From Squalus acanthias (Eukaryota): a stretch of DNA of 64,000 nt. A program made the translations under genes and the position numbers. Below, in pieces: positions 1-10,799 of the stretch; position 1 is the first letter of the stretch, and every line of letters starts with the position of its first letter. Below the pieces are notes generated by a model that saw nothing but the letters and a program-made list of their open reading frames with translations, had not been told where the DNA came from and ran no database searches. The stretch spans positions 147,314,001 through 147,378,000 of the forward strand of contig CM059432.1 in NCBI GenBank assembly GCA_030390025.1, in the 5' to 3' direction.

Positions 1-2500
1 CTTGCACTACACTGTACAATATGTGTTTCAGAGCAGTCAGAGCTTACCGTTAACCACTGATTAATGTGCACCACTTCTGTGATGTCCAAATGATTTGTTT
101 ACGTCGTTCGTCTGTCACTTCCACTAACTGTTGACCTTTAAGCTAATGAAATGATTAACTTGTGGTAGCAGAGACGGGTCTTTGTAAGACCCCCTCTATG
201 TTTTCTGCCATCATTTTGCTGTTGAACTCTGAAAACACAAAACTGGAAAGTTAAAGAAGCTGAACACAGGCGAGCAATTACACAGGATTTCACTTTGTTA
301 CACGTTTAGTGTCTTTTCGTTGTGTGTTTTAGTGTTCATTGTATGGGACAGGGTGGCTGAACTACATTAATGCAACTTATGGGCCCAATGGAATCAAATT
401 TAAAAAGTAATTTTAAAAGTCATATCATTCGAGGGCTGCACTGGGGAAGAAGTGCTTCTTGTTAAACCCCACAGCCGCTGCCTGTGGTGGAAGCAAATTG
501 GAACAAGACGTAATTTCCCTCAGATTTACCTTTGGTTTCGTACAGCCACAGACAGTGATCAGCCTCATCAGTAACGGATTGTTTAAACCAGTAGTCTGAA
601 GTATGTTTGAAAATTTGATAATGGAACCAAAATTTGGAGACCTTTAAGTTAAACGTAATAGAACTGTTTGGATAATACTTTGTACCCTAACTCTTAATAG
701 CACGCTGCTCCTCCTCAATGGAAAGGGGGCGGAAGGAAACATTCTTACATAAATGGTGGACACATTGGTATCTAGTGAGACGTCTCTGATGTTGGTAACT
801 GTTGGTAACTGGTGGTAGTCTCTGCTCCCTCTGATATGTGTGATAATTGTGTCTGGATGGACAGATTAATGGTGCGTCCACTTTGTCTGGGATGCAGTAA
901 TAGGTGGTCATTTACATCTCTGAGCAGATGGCCACAGTAGAGGCACATTAGTCTCAGCACAGAGGTGTTAAGAATGGTTATAACAGTTTTGCTACTTAAA
1001 ATGTTAATATATTTTAGTTCTGTGAGGTGTGAGTAGGATAGATGTGTGCATATTGCATAATGTCTTTATGTTATCACTCCAGAAAGTGCAGGAAGTGGGA
1101 TGTTTCCAAAATGTGAGGTCTTGATGTGCGAATAGTGTACTGGAATCGTTTTTATATGAATCTGCGGTTTAAGTTATTACCTTTATGAATCGGTTCCAAC
1201 GAAGCCATCGCTGCACCGAGAAGATCTGCTGTTTGATAAATGGCTCGCTGTCTATCCAGCATGTGGGCAGTGGGTGTGCAAAAAACCTGCAAGTGCCAAA
1301 AGGGCTGTCTGATGAAGGCATTCAAAAACCACACAAGGGAATGTTCTATGTGAACATGAGATTTAGTGATGGGTCTGTAAATGAATACAATCCAATTATA
1401 GGAATCCATGCTTCAGGGAAAGCAATTCAGGCTGCACCTTATTGAGAATAGGACAGCAATTTGAATTTTAATTGAAAATTATAGAGCAGCACAAGGTGGC
1501 AATTCATTCAGTAGCAAAGTGTAAGAACAATATTCCACTGTACAGGAAAGTCTGATGTGAACTTTGAGCGGTAGCAACTTCAGTTGTTACTTACACAGCA
1601 ATCTGTTCTTACCACAGTGAGTACATTAAGGGCGCAGCAGTTGGCAATTTAGTTGCTAGGTTTTTACGTAATAAACTATTTTTATATAATTAAATTAATA
1701 TTCTATGCTGGGGTATACTCTGCATTTTGATAACATCACAATGTTCTCATCATGTAATTAGATCTTATCTTCTGTTCAACACTCAACGTCTATTGAATTA
1801 ATTTTATCAGCGGAACCTGTTATTAGGCACAGAATTGCTTCATGTTCAGGGACGTGCAAAGGGGAGTGGTTTAGAATCTTGCTGAAATACACAAAATGTT
1901 CATCCATAAGCGAAATGGCAGTGCTTGTGGCCTCAGCACCTTCTATAGAAGGAATTGCCGATAGGGGCAACTGCAGGAGCAGGTGCTTGAAGTAGCCAAC
2001 GCTCATATTAATATTTCATAGCCCGTATGGTGTGTGTGCTTGAAACACTGAGGGTCTTCTGTAATGCACTTCTGGATGCAGTGACTTCGTGTTTTGCATT
2101 TTCTTTTCTCTCTTGGACATATCCAAACCGGCAGCCTGATATGCAATGTTAGCTTTTTGTAATTCTCCCAGAACACTTGTGAGTAGTCTCCACAAAGTGA
2201 ATCGTAAGGCTGGTGAGAACTATATTCCTTGGCTGTGTATACCTGTGTGTTGTGCTCAATGGTTAACATACGTAGACAAGTTCTCAGTTACCCAACATCA
2301 TACTGAATGGAAATGCAGTGTTTCACATTAAACCCAGATGTTCATTTCGGTTCACTACGTTTTCATTTTGTGTGTCACAATTCTGTAATTTCAATTTTGT
2401 TTCACATTTCACTTTGTAATAAAATTGGACAGGTGTATGCATTTCCTTTGTCATACTGCTGCATTGCGTAATGTGAAAATAAACATTGAGGAAAATGCCT
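1..2500 (+). other. Probable 3' UTR of an upstream host gene (gene not identifiable)
   Basis: About 2.7 kb with no recognisable transposon in an otherwise repeat-saturated window. AT-rich with no convincing ORF. AATAAA at 2418-2423 and 2478-2483, followed by a U/GU-rich tract. Confidence 0.4.
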
Positions 2501-2712
2501 GTCTGCAGTGATGTTATTTCTTTGACTTAATTGCCTCACAAAGCTGTGACGGGTAGGTCTGGAGTAACAATAGTTCAGAAGGTGATCTGTATGTAACTTG
2601 TGCATCTCTCATGACACTTCTCTTGTGACATCTCTCAAGGTAAATTAGAGATCACACTGTTGCTGCAGTGAGGGATTTGCTGCATCTAGTCACTGAAAGA
2701 TTTGGAAAGAAG

Positions 2713-3271
2713 TTTTTTTTTAATTCGTTCATGGGATGTGGGCGTCGCTGGCAAGGCCGGCATTTATTGCCCATCCCTAGTTGCCCCTTGAGAAGGTGGT
2801 GGTGAGCTGCCTTCTTGAACCGCTGCAGTCCGTGTGGTGATGGTACTCCCACAGTGCTGTCAGGGAGGGAGTTCCAGGATTTTGACCCAGCGACGATGAA
2901 GGAACGGCGATATATTTCCAAGTCAGGATGGTGTGTGACTTGGGGGGGATCTTGGGGGTGGTGGTGTTCCCATGCGCCTGCTGCCCTTGTCCTTCTAGGG
3001 GTTAGAGGTCGCGGGTTTGGAAGGTGCTGCCAAAGAAGCCTTGGCGAGTTGCTGCAGTGCATCTTGTCGATGGTACACACTGCAGCCACGGTACGCCGGT
3101 GGTGGAGGGAGTGAATGTTTAAGGTGGTGGATGGGGTGCCAGTCAAGCGGGCTGCTTTGTCCTGGATGGTGTTGAGCTTCTTAAGTGTTGATGGAGCTGC
3201 ACTCATCCAGGCAAGTGGAGAGTATTTCATCACACTCCTTACTTGTGCCTTGTAGATGGTGGAAAGGCTTT
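2713..3271 (-). mobile_element. 5'-truncated non-LTR retrotransposon (CR1/Jockey-group LINE, family 'L-A'), 3' end
   Basis: ORF 2652..3233 (MMKYSPLAWMSAAP...IQDKAARL...SWNSLP) is a LINE ORF2 C-terminus. Poly-A tail appears as T-run 2713-2721. Near-identical copies at 5764, 8041, 31160 and 34388. Confidence 0.85.
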
Positions 3272-4009
3272 CACTAAAAGCAGGCGGGGGCCTACTTAAG
3301 ATTCAAAAGTCACGGCCCAGTGGAGTGCTCCCCAGAGGCCCCTCAAGGAGTCCTTGGGCCTCCCCAGCCCCGGCATCCCCAAAAACTTTGGGGAATCCCC
3401 AGCAGTGGCTGTGTTGATATCTCTTTAAGATTAGAAGGCGTAGCCCTGTTTTTTTTTATAAATATCAACTTTTTATTTAGGTATATGAAATAACCATTAA
3501 ACTTCCAGTAACTTCAGGAGCTGCACACAGGCTGCTGCTTTCCAGATCACCCACAGAGAAGAGTGAGAGAACAATAGAATCACCTGACTCATCATCTGAT
3601 GAGTCACCTGACTCAGACACCACGTACTTACATCTAACGTACATCCCGCGCGTCACGCTGGATTCCCCACAAACGCCGGAGAATCACCGGTCCCGACATC
3701 CCCCACAATCTTTGGGGAATCCCCAGCCCTGGCATCTCTGCGATCTTGGTTGAAAGGAAACCTGGCCTACCCCTCCCACCGCGATACGAGGGAATCACCC
3801 TTCACACACTGGTCTGCCGGGAACCATTTCCACAGCTGCCACCAGATACCCGCTCCCGCCAATGGGCCAGGTAGTCAATCTGGCCCGGAGTTCGGTGGGC
3901 CTCTGAAAATTCTTACTTAAACGAGGCCCTGTTGTTAAGATCGCCACCTGCTACCAGGTTCCCCTCACCTTCAGGTCACGGTGGCTGTGTAGGCAATTAT
4001 TAGGATAAT

Positions 4010-5421
4010 AAAACAGGCAACCAGGCAAAGGTGGTGCATTTTGACAGCAAGAATAACGAGTCACATTCTCCTTGGAGCGTAAGAATTTAAATGGAGTAGA
4101 GGCACAAAGGGATCTAGGGGTACAGATTCACAAATCATTAAAAGTAGGTCAAACAATCCATAAAAAATGCAAACAAAGCACTGGGGTTCATTTCAAGAGG
4201 AATAGAATTGAAAAGCAGGGAGGTTATGTTGAACTTATATAGAACCTTGGTTAGACCACACTTAGAGTACTGTGCACAGTTCTGGTCTCTGTATTACAAA
4301 ATGGATTTCGAGGCACTGGAAAAGGTGCAAAGAAGATTGACAAGGACGATAACAATAGACAGACTGAACAGCTAGGGCTTTTTTGTCTAGACAAGAGAAG
4401 GCTGAGGGGGTGCCTTCAAAATTATGAAAGGGTTTGATTGGGTAGACGCAGAGAAAATGCTTCGCTTGTGGGGAGCCCAAAACTAAGGGCCATAGAAATA
4501 AGATCGTCACTAATAAGCCCGATAAGGAATTCAGGAGAAACTTCTTTACCCAGAACGTGGGGAGAATGTGGAACTCGCTGCCACAAGGAACAGTTGAGGC
4601 CAATAGCAGAGATGCATTTAAGGGGAAGCTAGATAAGCACATGGAGAAAGGAAATAGAAGGATATGTTGATAGGCTTAGATGAAGTACATAAGAACATAA
4701 GAACATAAGAAGTAGGAGCAGGAGTAGGCCATACGACCCTTCAGGCCTGCTCCGCCATTCAATAGGATCATGGCTGATCCGAACCTAGACTCACGTCCAC
4801 TTCCCTGCCCGCGTCCCATAACCCTTAATTCCCTCATCAGCTAGGAAACTGTCTATCTCCATTTTAAATTTATTTAATGTCGCAGCTTCCACAGCTCTCT
4901 GAGGTAGCAAATTCCATAGATTTACTACCCTCTGAGTGAAGACGTTTCTCCTCATCTCAGTTTTGAAACGGCAGCCCCTTATTCTAAGATTCTGCCGCCT
5001 AGTTCTAGTCTCACCCATCAGTGGAAACATCCTCCCCGCCTCCACCCGATCAAGCCCCCTCACAATCTTATATGTTTCGATAAGATCGCCTCTCATTCTT
5101 CTGTATTCCAATGAGTAGAGGCCCAACCTACTCAACCTTTCCTCATAAGTCAACCCCCTCATCTCCAGAATCAACCGAGTGAACCTTCTCTGAACTGCCT
5201 CGAGAGCAAGTATATCTTTTCTTAAATATGGAAACCAAAACTGTACGCAGTATTCCAGATGTGGCCTCACCAGTACCCTGTATAGCTGAAGCAAGACTTC
5301 CCTGCTTTTATACTCCATCCCCCTTGCAATAAATAGTGTGGGAGGAGGCTCGAGTGGACCATTAACACCGGCAATGACCAGTCGGGCCGAATGGCCTGTT
5401 TCTGTGCTGTAAATACTATGT
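4010..5421 (+). mobile_element. Degraded CR1 LINE 3' fragment, interrupted by a younger CR1 at 4688-5333
   Basis: Decayed ORF2 motifs (LYRTLVRPHLEYCAQFWS; RRNFFTQRV..WNSLP). The 3' UTR resumes at about 5334 after the nested copy. Confidence 0.75.
4688..5333 (-). mobile_element. CR1 (HER1-like) LINE 3' fragment
   Basis: ORF 4791..5318 with RPHLEYCVQFW, RMRGDLIETYKI and FTQRVVNLWN. CR1 3' UTR hairpin region and (TTCTTATG)n tail present. Confidence 0.92.
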
Positions 5422-5763
5422 AAAAAATCAAATGAGCAGTTGAAACTCCAAATAAGTTTTTTAACTTAAGCTTCAGACATTGTAAAGGAGTAGGTCTCTG
5501 CAAGAAAATATTTTTTTAAGAGCTTACAATAGTGAACAAGCAGCTCCTGGAGTAAAATTAAGCATTTTTGCTCTGAATGGTTTATTTTTTGGGGGGTTTC
5601 CTTATGTTATAAATGTCTGTAGAAAGTAAAGTCGTGCAAAGTGTAAAACAGGCAGCCAATCAAACCCGGCAGCTTCCTAATGGTGGGTTAGGTTAAAACT
5701 ACTCGCAGAATGTTTAAGAGTTAATTCATAAAGGACTGGGATCCTTCCTGTTATTGTGAGAGT

Positions 5764-6249
5764 TTTTATTCGTTTTTTATGGGATGTGGGCGTCGCTGGC
5801 AAGGCCAGTATTTATTGCCCATCCCTAGTTGCCCTTGAGAAGGTGGTGGTGAGCCGCCTTCTTGAACCGCTGCAGTCCGTGTGGTGAAGGTGCTCCCACA
5901 GTGCTGTTAGGGAGGGAGTTCCAGGATTTTGACCCAGCGACGATGAAGGATTGGCCGATATATTTCTAAGTCAGGATGGTGTGTGACTTGGAGGGGAACT
6001 TGGAGGTGGTGGTGTTCCCATGCGCCTGCTGCCCTTGTCCTTCTAGGTGGAAGAGGTCGCGGGTTTGGGAGGTGCTGCCGAAGAAGCCTTGGCGAGTTAC
6101 TGCAGTGCATCTTGTAGATGGTACACACTGCAACCACGGTACACCAGTGGTGGAGGGAGTGAATGTTTAAGGCAGTGGATGGGGTGCCAATCAAGCGGGC
6201 TGCTTTGTCCTGGATGGTGTCGAGCTTCTTGAGTGTTGTTGGAGCTGCA
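5764..6249 (-). mobile_element. LINE family L-A 3' fragment
   Basis: Near-identical to 2713-3271; ORF 5907..6194. Confidence 0.85.
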
Positions 6250-6554
6250 GTGGAAGGCTGGCGACAGTCATTTCAGCATTAGGAGGCCTGGAAATTCGGG
6301 TGCACCATTTTTGGGTACACGGGGTATGTGCACTGCGCCTGAATGGTGAGGCCCAAAGTGCCCCCGATGGTTCGGCAACGACCTCATCTCCGTCAAGCCA
6401 GGGTGGTGCGAACAGGCAACTGGCCAAGAGGAAACCAAGACCAGGCTGCTGGCATCGCAGCGGCCCTCAGGCAGGATCTGAGAGGAATCTGGAGGTTGTG
6501 AGAGGAGAGCAGGCATCGATATCAAAGCCCGGGATCAGGAGCAGCAGCAATCAG

Positions 6555-6632
6555 AGGGGGGGGGGGGGCGGTGGGGGGGGAGGTGGGGGGGCGGAGGTGT
6601 TGGGGGGGGGGCGGGAGGTGTGGGGGGGGGGT
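6555..6632. repeat. Poly-G/G-rich tract
   Basis: Long G runs interrupted by cgg/agg/tgg. Confidence 0.9.
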
Positions 6633-6728
6633 CGGGCTGGGCAGTGAGCTTTATTTAAATGTGGGGTTGGGAGGAGTGCACCTGATCTCCCGGGCTCCAC
6701 ATTTGGGCAAGTAAATTAGACAAAAATT

Positions 6729-7274
6729 CTACTTCTCCTCTTAGGCAGTCCCTCGGAACCGAGGATGACTTGCTTCCACATTAAAAATGAGTTCTCAGGT
6801 GACTGATGAGCCCAATGCGGGACCTACAGTCTCTGTCACAGGTGGGGCAGACAGTGGTTGAAGGGGCGGGTGGGTGGGGTGCTTGGGTTGACGTGCGCTC
6901 CTTCCGCTCTTTGCGCTTGGCTTCCGCTTGCTCCCGGCGAAGAGACTCGAGGTGTTCGGCGCCTTCCCGGATGCTTCTCCTCCACTTTGTGCGGTCTTGG
7001 GCCAGGGATTCCCAGGTGTCGGTGGGGATGTTGCACTTTGTCAAGGAGGCTTTGAGGGCGCACCAACGTCAGTGTTCTCGCTCAGGCCAACATCCCCAGC
7101 ATCGAAGCTTTGACCACGCTCGATCAGCTCCGATGGACGGGCCACTTCGTCCGCATGCCCGATACGAGACTCCCAAAACAAGCGCTCTACTCGGAGCTCC
7201 GACATGGCAAGAGAGCCCCAGGTGGGCAGAGGAAATGTTTCACGGACACCCTCAAAGCCTCCTTGAAAAAGTGC
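6729..7274 (-). mobile_element. RTE-clade LINE 3' fragment with 5' inversion
   Basis: C-terminal WESLAQDRTKWR...CPTCDRDCRSRIGLISHLRTHF on - (6781-7044). The upstream part QLRWTGHFVRMPDTRLPKQALYSEL is on + (7059-7274). Imperfect TSD AGACAAAA(A/G)TT at 6718-6728 and 7275-7285. Confidence 0.88.
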
Positions 7275-8040
7275 AGACAAAAGTTACTTTGTAGGATGCA
7301 GGCAGTCCCAAGGTGCAGTTTTACTGAGTGCAGCTGATGCTGACATGGACTGCCTCGGGGCTAACCAATCATGAAGTGACGGCCTTATATAGGTGTTAGG
7401 CCCCTTGTTTTCAGTGGTGGGCAGTGAATGCCTAATTTTTTCCTTCACCAATATGGCGGGCGGTGCACTTCCTGCCCGCTAATACTGGGGGATTAGTCGT
7501 CAGTTAGAGCCCGAAAAACAGGCGCTGTGTGGTCAAATTTATAAGGCCAGTAGTCCTGGTGGAGCTCTGGAATACGATTGGCTAGTCACTGAATGCGTTA
7601 TCTCTATCAGATCGAGACAACTAGATAAGTTTTTAGCACATTCAAACACCTTCCGCAGGTATTTTACACGTGATAGTGAGAGGAACTGTATGTGAGCACA
7701 GCAATTGGGCCACATGACCTGGAAGGGCAATAGCCAGTTGGATTGGCAGCCCGACTGGCCATCAGTCGTGGGCAGTGGGTGCCTAATTTTTTCCTTCACC
7801 AATATGGCGGCGCGCCTGCTGCCCTTGTCCTTCTAGGTGGTAGAGCAGGCTCGAAGGGCTGAATGGCCTACTCCTGCTCCTATTTTTCTATCCCCAGACA
7901 GGAAGGGACTCAGAGATCAGCTGCGAACTTCCCTTCTAGCTACCAGATGAAAATACACAGTAACGCAGGCGCAAGTAACCTCAGTGTATTGGATATATGT
8001 CCCGGTTAAAGATAGAGCTGGTTAGACTTGGAGGAACAAG

Positions 8041-9173
8041 TTTTTTTTTAATCGTTCTTGGGATGTGGGTGTCGCTGGCAAGGCCAGCATTTATTGCCCA
8101 TCCCTAATTGCCCTTGAGAAGGTGGTGGTGAGCCGCCTTCTTGAACCGCTGCAGTTCGTGTGGTGAAGGTACTCCCACAGTGCTGTTAGGGAGGGAGTTC
8201 CAGGATTTTGACCCAGTGACGATGAAGGAACGGCCGATATACTTCCAAGTCAGGATGGTGTGTGACTTGAAGGGGAACTTGGAGGTGGTGGTGTTCCCAT
8301 ACGTCTGCTGCCCTTGTCCTTCTAGGTGAAGAGGTCGCGGGTTTGGGAGGTGCTGCCGAAGAAGCCTTGGCGAGTTGCTACGGTGCATCTTGTAGATGGT
8401 ACACACTGCAGCCACAGTGCACCGGTGGTGGAGGGAGTGAATGTTTAAGGTGGTGGATGGGGTGCCAATCAAGCGGGCTGGATGGTGTCGAGCTTCTTGT
8501 GTCATGTTAGAGCTGCACTTATCCATTCAAGTGGAGAGTATTCCATCACACTCCTTATTTGTGCCTTGTAGATGTTGGAAAGGCTTTCAGGAGTCAGGAG
8601 GGGAGATACTCGCCGCAGAATACCCAGCCTCTGACCTGCTCTTGTTGCCACAGTATTTATGTGGCTGGTCCAGTTAAGTTTCTGGTCAATGGTGACCCCC
8701 AGGATGTTGCTGGTGTGGGATTTGTCAAGGGGAGGTGGTTAGATTGTTTCCAGTTGGAGATGGTTATTGCCTGGCACTTGTGTGACGTGAATGTTACTTG
8801 CCACTTATCAGCCCAAGCCTGAATGTCGGCCAGGTCTTGTTGCATGCGGACATGGACTGCTTCATTATCTGTGGAGTTGCGAATGGCACTGAACGCTGTG
8901 CAATCATCCGCTTACATCCACATTTCTGACCTTATGTTGGAGGGAAGGTCATTGATGAAGCAGCTGAAGATGGTTGGGCCTAGGACACTGCCCTGAGGAA
9001 CTCCGGCAGCGATGTCCTGGGGCTGAGATGATTGGCCTCAAACAAACACATCCATCTTCCTTTATGCTAGGTATGACTCCAGCCAGTGAGAGTTTTCCCC
9101 CTGATTCCCATTGACTTCAGTTTTACTCAGGCTCCTTGATGCCACACTCGGTCAAATGCTGCCTTGATATCAA
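8041..9173 (-). mobile_element. LINE family L-A 3' fragment (RT C-terminal half)
   Basis: Decayed GVPQGSVLGP and QAWADKWQVTF motifs. Colinear with the copy at 34388-36700. T-run tail at 8041-8049. Confidence 0.87.
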
Positions 9174-9419
9174 GTCTGACTAGAATAAGTTAGATGAGCA
9201 CATTAACTCGTACAATGTGGCATTTTCATTATTTTATTTGTCACAAGGAGGGATACAGGATCAAATCATAGTGTAGTGAGCTTTACTACACATGTTCTCT
9301 GTTCACATGACAATTCCAAATTAGTTTGTGGATTTACATTTGGCTTTATCTTAAAGGATGTATTAATCCTCCTTTCGGAAGAGATGAGACACAAACGTGT
9401 GGGCATGTGTAAGTTTAAA

Positions 9420-9650
9420 GAAAGAAAAAACTTCTATTTATATAGCGCCTTTCATTAGCTCAGGACATCCCAAAGTGCTTTACAACCAAAAAATAATTTT
9501 GAAGTGTAGTTACAGTCACAACAGCCAAATTCCACTTACCAAGATCTGACAAACAGCAGTGATCGGATAATTTGTTTTAGTGATGTGGGTTGAAGGATAA
9601 ATATTGGACAGAACACCGGGGAGAACTCCTCTGCTCTTCTTCTTCAAATA
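9420..9650 (-). mobile_element. Old SINE/L2-type 3' tail fragment
   Basis: TTTATATAGCGCCTTTCA...CCCAAAGTGCTTTACA is the reverse complement of the typical L2-type tail. A related decayed copy lies at about 23140-23430. Confidence 0.55.
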
Positions 9651-9920
9651 GTGAGAAGTCGCACAACACCAGGTTATAGTCCAACAGTTTTATTTAAAAT
9701 TACGAGCTTTCGGAGCTCCGCTCCTTCTTCAGGTAAAGGTACAGTGAGGGAATCGATTACACAGTATATATACACAGAGAACAATTTGTCTGCAGAGATA
9801 CAATCTGTTAGGGAGGCATTACATCAAAGACACATCAGAGTACAGCTAAGACAATGAGGTGGGTCACAGGGGGTCCAACGTGTCAAATGCTGCAGTCTGC
9901 AGTTAAGCTTATAACCCGCT
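9651..9920. mobile_element. Penelope-like element terminal (pLTR) fragment
   Basis: GAAGTCGCACAACACCAGGTTATAGTCCAACAG also occurs at 15165-15217. Contains a hammerhead motif at 9700-9736. The right boundary is approximate. Confidence 0.65.
9700..9736 (-). ncRNA. Minimal type I hammerhead ribozyme motif
   Basis: Minus strand reads TTAC-CTGAAGA-A-GGAGC-GGA-GCTCC-GAAA-GC-TC-GTAA. Core CUGANGA and GAAA, 5-bp stem II, 4-bp stem I (TTAC/GTAA), palindromic AGCU stem III, CUC cleavage triplet. Confidence 0.7.
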
Positions 9921-10799
9921 GAAGAGGGTATGAAGGAAGTCTATATCAGAGGCAATCAATGCTTTATCTAAAATCATTCCCTTGGTTTTACTGATAGCAC
10001 GCTGAAAAATTCAGCAATAATTTATTTACATAAACACAAAGCAAGATGATTGATTTTTTAAAACTATTTCAGCAAAAAGTAAAGATTCTTCTATATTGTT
10101 CTACAGTTCTACATACTGTCAAATAGAATTTCCCATTTGGAGTCTCACCAACAGAACACACACTGAATATAAACACACCAGTAAATGGAGCTGCCTTTCA
10201 GCTTACATTTTGCCAATTTTTGTGAGAGAGGGGATGTGGACTGTGGAATTCCTGAAATTGAGGATATGCAATAATGGACAGAAAATCATGGGAAGCAAGC
10301 CTGCGATTAGCGGATATTTGGTCCAGATGAGGATTGCTGCATGCAGTACACTCTCGTAAGATATACCCTCTAGTCACTCAACCTTTCCGATACCTGGATT
10401 AACACAGAAGTATGCGCTGGTATGAGATCACGAAGAAATGTTTTCAAGGTTTTTCACCTCATGCCAAGTGCAGGGGTGTAAAGCTTTGCTGTCTGCTTGA
10501 TCCTGGGCTCAGGTCCTCCCCCACATCCACCTCCAAAAATACTACCAACCTCTCCTCCATTAGGGAAATCCCAATTCACACGTTGATCACCTCAAGCATC
10601 AACATCTTGCTGACCTCCCTCCACAACCCCTTCACAAACTAAAAAACTCCACTGGCTCCCCATGTCCCCAGCAAATTGACTTTACGACACTGGTCGGGTG
10701 CAGTCTACCGGCCAGTAATGTTTGTCCGAGGCTCTCTGCACTACTTAAAGGGGAGGTGCTTTGTTACAGCAGCACCTCATTGTCAGTCTGGCTGAAGAC

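Noticed and set aside
1308..1352. SECIS element or hammerhead at CTGATGAAGGCATTC..GAATGTT
   Set aside because: The stem is too short, the 3' GA of the SECIS quartet is missing, and there is no GAAA core.
1185..1445. 86-aa ORF as a host coding exon
   Set aside because: No recognisable domain or splice context; it lies in UTR-like sequence.
3596..3620. Hammerhead ribozyme at CTGATGAGTCACCTGAC
   Set aside because: No GAAA follows the putative stem II.
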